In this document: piece by piece, positions 24,811-33,585 of the stretch
How the letters are laid out: each line of letters begins with the position of its first letter
How positions within the stretch are numbered: position 1 is the stretch's first letter
Assembly (NCBI GenBank): GCA_035551075.1
Contig: DASZNX010000050.1
Span: forward strand, 1-33,585
Direction of reading: 5' to 3'
Length of the DNA stretch: 33,585 nt
Origin: Gemmatimonadales bacterium
GTDB taxonomy: Bacteria; Gemmatimonadota; Gemmatimonadetes; Gemmatimonadales; GWC2-71-9
Program-made: the position numbers and the translations under genes
Notes under the pieces: generated by a model
What the model saw: only the letters and a program-made list of their open reading frames with translations
What the model was told of the DNA's origin: nothing
Database searches by the model: none

Positions 24811-26115
24811 TCAGGATGGCATCTTCTTGATCAGCCGTACGGGAAGGCCGTTGTCGAGTCCGGGATGCGTGATCTGAATCAGGAGACCCGTCGCCGAGTG
24901 TTCGCGCGTGTGCACGATCATCATCACGGCACGGATTTCTTCCGACCCCGAGCCAAGATAACCCTCGGCCGGTTTGTAGACTTCGAAGACGTCACCCAGC
25001 GTGACACCGTCCTTGCGGCCCTTATCGATGAAGAAGTACTGCTGGGCGCCGGCGATCGGATGGAGGTCGCGCGCCTCGATCAGCTTGCCCACCATACCCT
25101 TCTCGACCGGCGTCGGGCGCACCTGCCCGGGATCGCGGAAGGGTTCGAGCGGCATCGCGAGCTGGCCATCATGAACGCGACCATACTGTCCGACGACCCG
25201 CGCCAGTAATTGCTCCTTCTCGATGGCCGTCACCCGCGCAATCGCGACGGGCACGATCACCTGTCCCCACCGACCTGTCTGTAATACGCGATCAATCCGC
25301 GCGAGCAACACGGAATCGCCCACGTGGTACGACGCGTTGTGCGGCGGTCGAATCGCGATTTCATCGTACGTCGTGGCCGTGTTGCTGTTGGAGAGGCGCA
25401 TGATGGCCGCCGTCGAGGTGTTTCCAACGACGGTGCCCCACGGCAGGTCCTGACCCTCGCTGAGGAATCCGGCGCCGTAGAACTCGCCGGGCCGCAGCGG
25501 CCGGTACGGCTGTTCGCTGTAGGCGCGCAGCACGTCCTGGACCTGCTGCTGCTTGGTGCGTCGCCGGTCAAATATCGTCTCGTACGTTTCGTTGACGGTG
25601 GGTGGCGGCGCCTCGACGATCACCGTGGTGTCGGCGGGGATGGTGTCGATCATCGCCGTGTCGACGGGTACCACCGCGGCGATCGTGTCGCCGGGAGCCG
25701 CGCGTACCGTGTCGGCCGCAGCAATGGTCGTATCCGGACGAGCGGCCGTGGTATCCGGGGCCTGCGCCACGGCGCCCGGCAGCAGCTCGGCGAGATTCAG
25801 GACCTCACCGGGATAAATCCAGTGCGGATCTTCGATGACCGCGGTATTGAGGCGGTAGATCTCGGGCCAGAGAAGCGGATCGTTGAAATACATCTGCGCG
25901 ATGGACCACAAGGTCTCACCGCGGACGACTGTATGACTGGCTGGAAGCTGTCCCTGAACGGCGGCCGCCTGCGTGGTATCCTGCTGCTGCGCCGCTTTGG
26001 TCGTATCCTGCGTCTTGGTTGTATCCTGCGCTGGCAGGACTCGCCACATGAGCGGCAACGCCGCCAGGGCCAGTAGAACGGCGCGACTAGAACGGCAGAT
26101 CGTCGTCCTCCTCAT
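24811..26115 (-). CDS. Secreted LysM-domain peptidoglycan-binding protein
   Basis: Preferred start is ATG 26115 (MRRTTICRSSRAVLLALAALPLMWRVLPAQD, a signal peptide), which overlaps the ssb 3' end by 29 nt. LysM: HTVVRGETLWSIAQMYFNDPLLWPEIYRLN...IYPGEVLNL. QDTTK and xDT(T/I) short repeats. I do not recognise the C-terminal ~230 aa. Confidence 0.75.
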   Translation of the reverse strand: MRRTTICRSSRAVLLALAALPLMWRVLPAQDTTKTQDTTKAAQQQDTTQAAAVQGQLPASHTVVRGETLWSIAQMYFNDPLLWPEIYRLNTAVIEDPHWIYPGEVLNLAELLPGAVAQAPDTTAARPDTTIAAADTVRAAPGDTIAAVVPVDTAMIDTIPADTTVIVEAPPPTVNETYETIFDRRRTKQQQVQDVLRAYSEQPYRPLRPGEFYGAGFLSEGQDLPWGTVVGNTSTAAIMRLSNSNTATTYDEIAIRPPHNASYHVGDSVLLARIDRVLQTGRWGQVIVPVAIARVTAIEKEQLLARVVGQYGRVHDGQLAMPLEPFRDPGQVRPTPVEKGMVGKLIEARDLHPIAGAQQYFFIDKGRKDGVTLGDVFEVYKPAEGYLGSGSEEIRAVMMIVHTREHSATGLLIQITHPGLDNGLPVRLIKKMPS

Positions 26116-26575
26116 CCAGCGCCTCCGGGAATGCGTCAAGCGACTCGGGAGCCTTCCCACCAGCTTCGGCGACCCCCGCGCGTGCTGCCCCCGCTCCCAC
26201 AGTGGCGGGTGGGGGGGGGCCTCCGGCTCTCGATCCCAGCATAATGAGCTCGCGCGCAATGATTTCGGTGACGTAGCGCGTCTGCTTGTTATTGTCTTCC
26301 CAAGTCCGGTACTCGATCCGGCCTTCGACGTAGACCTTGTCGCCCTTCTTCAGATACTTCTCACACACGTCGGCCAGACCCGAGCCGGCCTTGTTATTCC
26401 AGCAGATAACTCGATGCCAGTCCGTCTTTTCCTGCTTTTCGCCCCCATTCCCGACCCACTGCCGGCTGGTCGCGAGGGAAAGGGTGGCAACCCGGGAACC
26501 GTTATTCGTGCTCCGCACCTCGGGATCGGCCCCAAGATTCCCGATGAGCTGGACCTTGTTGAGACTGCGACTCAC
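26087..26575 (-). CDS. ssb: Single-stranded DNA-binding protein
   Basis: GGAGG (26585-26581), 5-nt spacer, GTG 26575: M-SRSLNKVQLIGNLGADPEVR...TDWHRVICW...KGDKVYVEGRIEYRTWED (OB fold). Gly/Pro/Ala linker and the canonical acidic tip DEEDDDLPF. 162 aa. Confidence 0.9.
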   Translation of the reverse strand: MSRSLNKVQLIGNLGADPEVRSTNNGSRVATLSLATSRQWVGNGGEKQEKTDWHRVICWNNKAGSGLADVCEKYLKKGDKVYVEGRIEYRTWEDNNKQTRYVTEIIARELIMLGSRAGGPPPPATVGAGAARAGVAEAGGKAPESLDAFPEALDEEDDDLPF

Positions 26576-26620
26576 ACAAACCTCCGAGCGATTAAGCGGG
26601 TGGGCCCAAGGGTGCCACAC

Positions 26621-26649
26621 ACTATATAAATCGCAAGTTATTCTGTCAA
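26621..26649 (-). promoter_or_regulatory. Near-consensus sigma70-type promoter for ssb
   Basis: Minus strand TTGACA (26649-26644), 17-nt spacer, TATAGT (26626-26621), in the only clearly AT-rich intergenic stretch of the window, about 45 nt upstream of the ssb GTG. Confidence 0.55.
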
Positions 26650-26675
26650 CCAAAGATACGCCACTTGTATCAAAG

Positions 26676-27077
26676 TTATGCATCACGTCGCAGGACGATC
26701 GCGTCCTCCACTGGCCGGCGGTAATACTGCGCTCGCCGACCAACCTCCCTGAACCCCTGAGTGGCGTACAAGGCGCGGGCAGGGCCATTCGACTCCCGTA
26801 CCTCGAGGTACACGTGCGCGACCTCTCGGTCCGTCAGTAGCTCCAGAATCGCTTCGACGAGTGCGCGACCCAGACCGTGACGCCGCCCAGTCGGCGCGAC
26901 GGCGAGATTCAGGATCTCGCCTTCGTCAGCGGCATCGATCGCGATGACATAACCGCCAACCTTGCCGTCCACCTCCGCAACGAGGAAGAGCGCATCAGAT
27001 GTGACGCAGTCCCTGAAATCCTGGGTGGACCATGGATCGGCGAACACTTCCTGCTCGATTGCGCGCACCGCCGGCAC
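26676..27077 (-). CDS. rimI: GNAT acetyltransferase, ribosomal-protein-alanine N-acetyltransferase RimI-like
   Basis: 133 aa. ILNLAVAPTGRRHGLGRALVEAIL (acetyl-CoA binding Q/RxxGxG/A), YLEVRESNGPARALYATQGF. Sits immediately after tsaE-tsaB, a conserved arrangement. GTG start. Confidence 0.8.
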   Translation of the reverse strand: MPAVRAIEQEVFADPWSTQDFRDCVTSDALFLVAEVDGKVGGYVIAIDAADEGEILNLAVAPTGRRHGLGRALVEAILELLTDREVAHVYLEVRESNGPARALYATQGFREVGRRAQYYRRPVEDAIVLRRDA

Positions 27078-27087
27078 GTCGCCGAGT

Positions 27088-27798
27088 CTAGCGGGACGAA
27101 TGTGGAAGGGGGCGGCCGTGGCGGCTCTCCCATTTCACCTGGGCTTCGGCAGGACGCCCGTACACCGGCTCGGCGAGCCCTGGATCCCCGATGGGGCTGC
27201 GCTCGCCGTCGTAGGCGAACAGCGCGAGCAGCGACTTGGCGAGCGGCTGCAAGGCGTCGAGACCAAGCGGTGGACGTCCAGTCCAGGCCACGACCTGATC
27301 GCGATAGCGCTCCGCGCCGTCTCCGACGACGAGATCTGGCGGCCGGCCGGCGCGCTCGGTGAGTGTCGGAATTGTGAATACACCCGGTGGAACAATGGTC
27401 TTGACCTGATTGTCGCCAAACGCATACACCGCTCCAAACACCTGCCCGCGCAGCGCGTCGTAGCATGCCGCCGCGGTCTCCACCTTGGCGGCGTGTGCCG
27501 CAGCCAACAGCGACGGAATGGCGACCATGGGGCATTGGCGCTCTTGCACGAGTCCCTTCGCCGCCGCCCACGCAATTCGCAACCCCGTAAAGCTGCCGGG
27601 TCCGTCGCCGACGATGACTCCCGCGATCTGCTCGAGCCGCAGCTCCGCGAGGTCCAGCACCTGTTGAATGAGCGGCAGGATCTGCGCGGCATGTTGCCGG
27701 GCACCGCGCAGTGAGCGTGCGACTGATTGCTCGGGCGTGCCGACCGCGACACTCGCGATGTCGGTCGCCGTATCGATCGCGAGCCAGTTTGCGCTCAT
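27088..27798 (-). CDS. tsaB: tRNA t6A37 biosynthesis protein TsaB (YeaZ)
   Basis: Preferred ATG 27798 overlaps the tsaE stop (ATGA). [20 protein letters not shown]...IAGVIVGDGPGSFTGLRIAWAAAKGL. 236 aa. The ORF-track extension is an Arg-rich shadow of tsaE. Confidence 0.85.
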   Translation of the reverse strand: MSANWLAIDTATDIASVAVGTPEQSVARSLRGARQHAAQILPLIQQVLDLAELRLEQIAGVIVGDGPGSFTGLRIAWAAAKGLVQERQCPMVAIPSLLAAAHAAKVETAAACYDALRGQVFGAVYAFGDNQVKTIVPPGVFTIPTLTERAGRPPDLVVGDGAERYRDQVVAWTGRPPLGLDALQPLAKSLLALFAYDGERSPIGDPGLAEPVYGRPAEAQVKWESRHGRPLPHSSR

Positions 27799-28208
27799 GC
27801 CGGCGTCACGTCGTCGATGACGCGCCGCGCGTCGTCGCTGTCGTACGACAGCCGGAAATGCCGATCGAGTGGCGGCGCCCAGGCCCCGGCCCGCTCCGGC
27901 CATTCGATCAGGACTATCGCGCGCTCGCGCACCATGTCGTCGAAGCCAAGATCGCGGGCTTCGTCTGGAGCGCGTAGCCGGTAGCAATCGACGTGGTAGA
28001 CGGGGACGGCGCCGGCGTCATAGTGATGGACCAGCGCGTAGGTGGGACTCGTCGCGCGAGATCGCGCGCCCAGGCCGCGGCAGATTGCCTGCACGAGTGT
28101 GGTTTTCCCGGTCCCGAGCTCTCCCGACAGCCCAATCACCGCGGGCGCGTTGAGCCGGGCGCCGAGCTGCTCACCGAACTGGTTGAGCTCGTTCGCGGAG
28201 AGGCGCAT
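27795..28208 (-). CDS. tsaE: tRNA t6A37 biosynthesis ATPase TsaE (YjeE)
   Basis: 137 aa. P-loop [34 protein letters not shown] 28208 overlaps the uvrB 3' end by 38 nt. Confidence 0.85.
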   Translation of the reverse strand: MRLSANELNQFGEQLGARLNAPAVIGLSGELGTGKTTLVQAICRGLGARSRATSPTYALVHHYDAGAVPVYHVDCYRLRAPDEARDLGFDDMVRERAIVLIEWPERAGAWAPPLDRHFRLSYDSDDARRVIDDVTPA

Positions 28209-30177
28209 CGGCTTTCAGTTCGAGGAGTTGATCGCGCAGCACGGCGGCCAGCTCGAAATCGAGCTCCTCGGCGGCGGCCTGCATTTGTTGCTCCAGCAGG
28301 CGGATCAGCGCATCGCGTTCCCGCGCATCCGTTGGGCGCCGCACCACGCCGGGCTCCGGGCGTCCCAGACGCGCGTCGGCGACCCGCGTGACGAACCGGA
28401 TGTCAACCACTGACTTCACGATCGACCGCGGCGTGATCCCATGCTCGGCATTGTAGGCAACCTGCGCCTCGCGCCGCCGATCCATTTCCCTGAGGGCGCG
28501 CTCCATCGAGCCGGTGCGGTGGTCGGCATAGAGAATCGCCCTGCCGCTCAGGTTTCGCGCGGCGCGCCCGACGGTTTGAATGAGCGAGCGATCCGAGCGG
28601 AGGAAGCCTTCCTGGTCCGCGTCGAGTACCGCCACGAGCGAGACTTCGGGAAGGTCGAGACCTTCGCGCAACAGATTGATCCCCACGAGCACGTCGAACT
28701 CGCCCAGCCGGAGGCCGCGAATGATCTCGACACGCTCGATCGCGTCGATCTCGGAGTGCAAGTACCGCACCCGGACGCCGTGCTGCTGGAGATAATCGGT
28801 CAGATCCTCCGCCATGCGCTTCGTGAGAGTCGTCACCAGCACCCGCTCGTTCTTCTTTTCTCGCAGGCGGATCTCGTTGAGCAGGTCGTCCACCTGACCG
28901 GCGACCGGGCGGATTTCGACCTGGGGGTCCACCAGGCCGGTCGGCCGGATGATCTGCTCGACGATGACGCCGCCCGACAGGCGCAGCTCATCCTCACCCG
29001 GCGTGGCGGAGACGAACACGATGCGCGGCACGAGACCCATGAATTCGTCATAGCGGAGCGGCCGGTTGTCCAGCGCCGACGGCAGCCGGAAGCCATAATC
29101 CACGAGCGTCTGCTTGCGGGACCGGTCGCCCTCGTACATGGCCGCGAGCTGCGGCAAGGTCTGGTGCGACTCGTCGATGATGCACAGCCAGTCGTGTGGG
29201 AAGTAATCGAGCAGGCAGGCCGGCCGCTCCCCCGGCTGCCGGCCGCTGAAGTGGCGCGAGTAGTTCTCGATGCCCGCGCACCGGCCTACCTCGAGGAGCA
29301 TGTCGATATCGAAGTGCGTGCGCGATTCCAGCCGCTGCGCCTCGAGCAGCTTGTTCTGCTGGCGCAGCTCGGCCAGTCGGAGGCGCAGCTCGTCCCGGAT
29401 CGACTTGACGGCGCGTTCGATCGTGGGCCGTTGCGTCACGAAGTGCGTCGCCGGGTAGACCGCGCAGCGCTCGAGCTCGATGATCACGTTGCCGGTCAGC
29501 GGATCGATCTTCGCGATGCGCTCGATTTCGTCGCCCCAGAATTCGACGCGCACGGCCTGTTCGTCGTATGCCGGAAAGATCTCGACCGTATCGCCGCGCA
29601 CGCGGAATGTGCCGCGCTCGAAGCCGATATCGTTGCGCTGGTATTGAATCGCGACGAGATCCGCCAGCAGGGCGTCGCGCCCGCGGGCCTCGCCCTTGCG
29701 GGCGGTCACCAAGAGCTCGCGATACAGCTCCGGGTCGCCCAAGCCGTAGATCGCCGAGACACTCGCGACGATGACGACGTCCTCGCGCTCCATCAGGCTC
29801 GAGGTCGCCCGCAGCCGGAGTCGTTCGATGTCGTCGTTGATGGAAGAGTCTTTCGCGATGTACGTGTCGGTCGCCGGCACGTACGCCTCGGGTTGATAAT
29901 AGTCGTAGTACGAGATGAAGAACTCGACCGCGCTCGTGGGAAACAGCGCTTTCAGCTCACCATAGAGCTGCGCCGCGAGAGTCTTGTTATGTGACAGGAC
30001 GAGCGTGGGGCGTCCGAAGTCCGCGATGACGTGCGCCATCGTCATCGTCTTTCCCGATCCGGTGACGCCGAGCAGCGTCTGATATTTGTCGCCGCGGCGC
30101 AGACCCGCGCTCAACTCGCGGATGGCACGCGGCTGATCACCCGCGGGCGGCGGGGAGGATCCCAGCTGAAAAGGCAT
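28171..30177 (-). CDS. uvrB: Excinuclease ABC subunit B
   Basis: 668 aa. AGDQPRAI, Walker [22 protein letters not shown], beta-hairpin region [14 protein letters not shown], helicase C motifs, C-terminal UVR domain [24 protein letters not shown]. Confidence 0.95.
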   Translation of the reverse strand: MPFQLGSSPPPAGDQPRAIRELSAGLRRGDKYQTLLGVTGSGKTMTMAHVIADFGRPTLVLSHNKTLAAQLYGELKALFPTSAVEFFISYYDYYQPEAYVPATDTYIAKDSSINDDIERLRLRATSSLMEREDVVIVASVSAIYGLGDPELYRELLVTARKGEARGRDALLADLVAIQYQRNDIGFERGTFRVRGDTVEIFPAYDEQAVRVEFWGDEIERIAKIDPLTGNVIIELERCAVYPATHFVTQRPTIERAVKSIRDELRLRLAELRQQNKLLEAQRLESRTHFDIDMLLEVGRCAGIENYSRHFSGRQPGERPACLLDYFPHDWLCIIDESHQTLPQLAAMYEGDRSRKQTLVDYGFRLPSALDNRPLRYDEFMGLVPRIVFVSATPGEDELRLSGGVIVEQIIRPTGLVDPQVEIRPVAGQVDDLLNEIRLREKKNERVLVTTLTKRMAEDLTDYLQQHGVRVRYLHSEIDAIERVEIIRGLRLGEFDVLVGINLLREGLDLPEVSLVAVLDADQEGFLRSDRSLIQTVGRAARNLSGRAILYADHRTGSMERALREMDRRREAQVAYNAEHGITPRSIVKSVVDIRFVTRVADARLGRPEPGVVRRPTDARERDALIRLLEQQMQAAAEELDFELAAVLRDQLLELKADAPLRERAQPVR

Positions 30178-30188
30178 AGGGTAGAAAG

Positions 30189-32372
30189 CTAACCGGAGAC
30201 GACTTCAGCCGAGCCGGAATCGCGGCGGGCGATTTCGGTCACGCCTTTGACCTTGCGAACCGCCTTGAGGACTTTGTGCAGGTGCGTGTGGTTTTCGACT
30301 TCGACCAGCACCGAGCCGAAGACGACCCCATCCTTCGACGCCAGCTCGGCGCTGCGGATGTTCGTCCCCGTGCCGCTGATGGCCTCACAGATGTCCGCAT
30401 AGAGCCCGCGGCGATCTTCGCCACTGACCCCCAGCCGCACCACGAACGTCTCGCCCTCCACCTCCCGCCAGTCGATCTCGACGCGCCGTTCGTCGTCGCC
30501 CGACAAGGTGAGCAGATTCGGGCAATCGTTCCGATGAATGGAGATCCCGCGGCCCTGCGTCACGTATCCCACCACGGGATCGCCCGGCACCGGCTGGCAG
30601 CACTGCGCGTAGCGCACCATCAGCCCCTCGACACCGTGAATCTTGATGCCGCGGCCCAGGCGCAGTCGCTCGATCACGCGCCCGAAAGCGGTGGGCTTGG
30701 GCGGCTGCATCTCTTCCGCCGGCAGATCGGGATATAGCGCCTTCATCACCTGCCCCAGCTGCACGTCGCCTCGTCCGATGGCAGCCTCGACCTGCTCTGC
30801 CACGCCCAGTGACAGGGAGAGGGCGGCCCGCGTGAGCTGGTCAGGCGTCGGCGGATCGAGGCGCCGGCGACGGACTTCGCGCGCCAGGATTTCGCGGCCG
30901 AGCGTGATGCTGCGCTCTTGTTCTTCCTGCTTGATCCACTGGCGGATCTTCTGCCGGGCGCGCCCGGTCTGGACATGCGCCAGCCAGTCGCGCGACGGCT
31001 TGGCCTGAGGGCTCGTCAGCACCTCGACGGTGTCGCCGTTCCGAAGCGGCCGGTGAAGCGGCGCAATCCGACCGTTGACCCGCGCGCCGTTGCAGTGCTG
31101 CCCGACTTCGGTGTGGACCATGAACGCGAAGTCGATCGGCGTCGCGCCCTTAGGCAGGCGCTTCACATCGCCGCGCGGGGTGAAGACGAAGATCTCGTCC
31201 TGATACAGGTCGATCTTCAGGAATTCGAGGAACTCTTCGGGGCTGTGCGCGTCCTGTTGCAGCTCGATCAGCTGCCGGAACCACGAGAGATGGTGATCGA
31301 GCTCGTCCGCGCTCTTGCCGTTTTCCTTGTAGAGCCAATGCGCCGCGATACCGTATTCCGCCGTGCGATGCATGTCGCGGGTGCGAATCTGAATCTCGTA
31401 CAGCTGCCCGCCTGGTCCGAACACGGTGGTGTGCAGCGACTGGTAGCCGTTCGATTTCGGGCTCGCGATGTAGTCCTTGATGCGCTCCTGCAGCGGCGTC
31501 CACGTGTGGTGAATGATCCCGAGCACGTGGTAGCAGTCGGTGATGCTGTTGACGAGCACGCGCACGGCGAGGAGGTCGTAGATCTCCTCGAACGGCTTGC
31601 CGCGCTTTTTCATCTTCTTGAAAATCGACCAGAGATTTTTCGGCCGGCCGACGATGTCCCAGCCGACGATGCCGGCGCGCCGCAGCTCGTCGGACAGCGG
31701 CGCACGCATCCGCTCGATGGTGCGGTCGCGCTCGACTTTACGCGCCTTCACCTGGCGCGCCAGCGCCTTGTACTCCTCGGGTTCGAGATATTTGAACGCG
31801 AGGTCCTCGAGCTCCGCCTTCACTCCCGCCATGCCGAACCGGTGCGCGAGCGGCGCGTACAGCTCCCGTGTCTCCAGCGCGATCCGCTTGCGCTTGTCAG
31901 CGGGCAACGGATCGAGCGTGCGCATGTTGTGCAGCCGATCGGCGAGCTTGATGATGATCACCCGCGCGTCGCGCGCCACCGACATCAGGAGTTTGCGGTA
32001 GTTCTCGGCCTGCTCTTCGGCGGTCGAGCGGAACGTCAGCGCCTTGATCTTGGTCAGGCCGTCGACCAGATCGGCCACTTCGTTCCCGAAATCGCGCCGC
32101 AGCTTCTCGAGTGTGACGTCGGAATCCTCGACGACATCGTGCAGCAGGGCTGCCGCGATGGTCGTGGTATCCATTTGCTGTTCGGCGAGAATCGTGGCGA
32201 CCGCTACGCTGTGCGAGATGAAATCGTCGCCCGACATGCGTTTCTGGCCATGATGCGCCTGCGCGCTCAACTGATACGCGCGCGACAGCACGTCGAGGTC
32301 CAGCCGGTCTCGCTGGGCCGCGACGGCTTCGGCCAACTCCGGTGCCAGAATCGCTCCACCCGTACTCGTCAC
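30189..32372 (-). CDS. Bifunctional (p)ppGpp synthetase/hydrolase, RelA/SpoT family
   Basis: 727 aa. HD hydrolase ([20 protein letters not shown]), synthetase ([25 protein letters not shown]), TGS ([22 protein letters not shown]), C-terminal ACT-like domain. GTG start overlaps the radC stop (GTGA). Confidence 0.95.
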   Translation of the reverse strand: MTSTGGAILAPELAEAVAAQRDRLDLDVLSRAYQLSAQAHHGQKRMSGDDFISHSVAVATILAEQQMDTTTIAAALLHDVVEDSDVTLEKLRRDFGNEVADLVDGLTKIKALTFRSTAEEQAENYRKLLMSVARDARVIIIKLADRLHNMRTLDPLPADKRKRIALETRELYAPLAHRFGMAGVKAELEDLAFKYLEPEEYKALARQVKARKVERDRTIERMRAPLSDELRRAGIVGWDIVGRPKNLWSIFKKMKKRGKPFEEIYDLLAVRVLVNSITDCYHVLGIIHHTWTPLQERIKDYIASPKSNGYQSLHTTVFGPGGQLYEIQIRTRDMHRTAEYGIAAHWLYKENGKSADELDHHLSWFRQLIELQQDAHSPEEFLEFLKIDLYQDEIFVFTPRGDVKRLPKGATPIDFAFMVHTEVGQHCNGARVNGRIAPLHRPLRNGDTVEVLTSPQAKPSRDWLAHVQTGRARQKIRQWIKQEEQERSITLGREILAREVRRRRLDPPTPDQLTRAALSLSLGVAEQVEAAIGRGDVQLGQVMKALYPDLPAEEMQPPKPTAFGRVIERLRLGRGIKIHGVEGLMVRYAQCCQPVPGDPVVGYVTQGRGISIHRNDCPNLLTLSGDDERRVEIDWREVEGETFVVRLGVSGEDRRGLYADICEAISGTGTNIRSAELASKDGVVFGSVLVEVENHTHLHKVLKAVRKVKGVTEIARRDSGSAEVVSG

Positions 32373-33112
32373 AACAGTCCCGCCTCTGCAAAGCTCACGT
32401 AGCGCGCCCCTGCCCCCGCCCCCGTCCCTACCCCCCCTCCACTGCCGCCGCCCCCGATGATCACATGGTCATACACCGGCACATCCAGCACGCGTCCTGC
32501 CTCGACGAGCTGCCGCGTGACCGCTCGATCATCGGCCGAGGGCGTCGGGTCGCCGCTCGGATGGTTGTGCACCACGATGATTCCGGCGGCCGCCTCCGCG
32601 ATTGCCGCGCGAAACACTTCGCGCGGATGGACTAACGAGCTGTTCAGGATCCCCCGCGTGATCAAGAGGTCGGCCAGAACCTGGCTTTGGCTCCCGAGGG
32701 CGAGGACATGAAACTCCTCCACCGCGAGGTCCCGCAGCGCAGCGGCATAATAGCGCTGCACGTCGTCCGGTCCGCGGATGCGCTGGGGCGGCGGCTCCGT
32801 CTCCGTCCCCACGCGACGGCCCAATTCGATCGCGACCGCAAGTCGAGCTGCCTTCGTGCGCCCCACCCCTGGAATGCGGGCGAGCTCAGCCCACGGCCTC
32901 GTAGCGACGCGCCGTAATGAGCCATCTCCCCTGGCGAGGATGTCTCCCGCCACGGCGAGCGCGTCCCTTCCTCGTGTGCCTGTCCCTAGGAGAATGGCCA
33001 GCAACTCCTGCCCCGTCAACGCGCTCGGACCTACGGCCCAGAAACGCTCGCGGGGACGGTCCCGTTCGGCTTGCTCGGAAAGGCGGAGCGGCATGGTCGA
33101 AGGTAATCCCAT
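32369..33112 (-). CDS. radC: RadC-family JAB/MPN domain protein (UPF0758)
   Basis: RPRERF...LTGQELLAILLGTG (HhH region), IPGVGRTKAARLAVAIELGRR, JAMM motif HNHPSGDPTPSADD. Gly-rich insertion GGGGSGGGVGTGAGAGA before the C-terminal [10 protein letters not shown]. Start is uncertain (ATG 33112 or 33094; ORF-track 33283 overlaps secA). Confidence 0.85.
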   Translation of the reverse strand: MGLPSTMPLRLSEQAERDRPRERFWAVGPSALTGQELLAILLGTGTRGRDALAVAGDILARGDGSLRRVATRPWAELARIPGVGRTKAARLAVAIELGRRVGTETEPPPQRIRGPDDVQRYYAAALRDLAVEEFHVLALGSQSQVLADLLITRGILNSSLVHPREVFRAAIAEAAAGIIVVHNHPSGDPTPSADDRAVTRQLVEAGRVLDVPVYDHVIIGGGGSGGGVGTGAGAGARYVSFAEAGLL

Positions 33113-33143
33113 GCCGCTCAAAAACCTGTACCCTACGAACGCG

Positions 33144-33585
33144 TTACGCAGCCGCTCCGTGGCATTTCTTGAATTTCTTGCCACTGCCGCAGGGGCACGG
33201 GTCGTTACGGCCGACGCCGGCGTAGGGATTGGGTGCAAACGCCGGCTCGGCCATCCCCCCTCCTCCGATCCTTCCACCATCACCGCCGCGCTGGAGTGAG
33301 GGGGGAGGCGGCTCGCCCGTCGTCACGAGCCCATCCGCGGCGGCCTTGGACGCCACCATCGGTGTCTCCCGGCGGCTCGCGCCGGGCAGACCACCAGCGG
33401 GTCCAGTGACTCCACGGCTGGACGGCCGCTGTCCTCCCTGTCCGGGCGGCGGTCCCACTTCGATCTGCAGCTTGAGCCAGCGCTCGGCGAACGCGGCCTG
33501 CAGATCGTCCATGAGGCCCACGAACATGTTGTACGCCTCTTCCTTGTACTCGACCAGCGGGTCCTTCTGACCCCAGGCGCGGTAG
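33144..33585 (-). CDS. secA: Preprotein translocase ATPase SecA, C-terminal end only (5' part lies beyond the right window edge)
   Basis: The frame is open to the window edge: [29 protein letters not shown]... (conserved SecA C-domain), Gly/Pro-rich linker, and the terminal SEC-C zinc motif [19 protein letters not shown]. Confidence 0.9.
   Translation of the reverse strand, partial: YRAWGQKDPLVEYKEEAYNMFVGLMDDLQAAFAERWLKLQIEVGPPPGQGGQRPSSRGVTGPAGGLPGASRRETPMVASKAAADGLVTTGEPPPPSLQRGGDGGRIGGGGMAEPAFAPNPYAGVGRNDPCPCGSGKKFKKCHGAAA

Noticed and set aside
32369-33112. radC as a marker of a mobile, anti-defence or prophage island.
   Set aside because: The neighbours are secA, relA/spoT and uvrB with overlapping stops and starts. 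There is no integrase, transposase, att-like repeat or compositional shift, so this looks like the chromosomal housekeeping radC.

Overview
High-GC (roughly 65-70%) chromosomal core region of a diderm bacterium. The LptD_2-type outer-membrane protein, TolQRAB-Pal-CpoB cluster and codon style suggest a Gemmatimonadota/FCB-like lineage, but that is inference only. About 32 protein genes are packed almost without spacers, and all but one (ppiD) are on the minus strand. Many are joined by 1-4 nt start/stop overlaps. In minus-strand reading order (right to left): secA 3' end, radC, relA/spoT, uvrB, tsaE-tsaB-rimI, ssb, LysM protein, ccsA-like/hemA, galE, tolQ-tolR-tolA(TonB_C)-tolB-pal-cpoB, a tatC ORF fused in frame to an LptD-like OMP, an FN3 lipoprotein, hutH-hutU-hutI, a large TPR/low-complexity protein, a polyprenyl-diphosphate synthase, a DUF4321-like ORF, two tandem tatA genes, then convergent ppiD and a divergent TPR gene that runs off the left edge and is missing from the ORF track. 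I found no tRNA/rRNA, CRISPR, transposase, integrase, or recognisable defence or toxin system, so this looks like housekeeping and envelope-biogenesis DNA rather than an accessory island. The most unusual feature is the uninterrupted 1172-codon TatC-LptD-like reading frame. Smaller oddities are an octamer repeat and inverted-repeat array over the tolB start, a terminator hairpin abutting the hutH start codon, and a one-nucleotide frame offset at the DUF4321 start. All family assignments rest on motifs read by eye; no searches were run.
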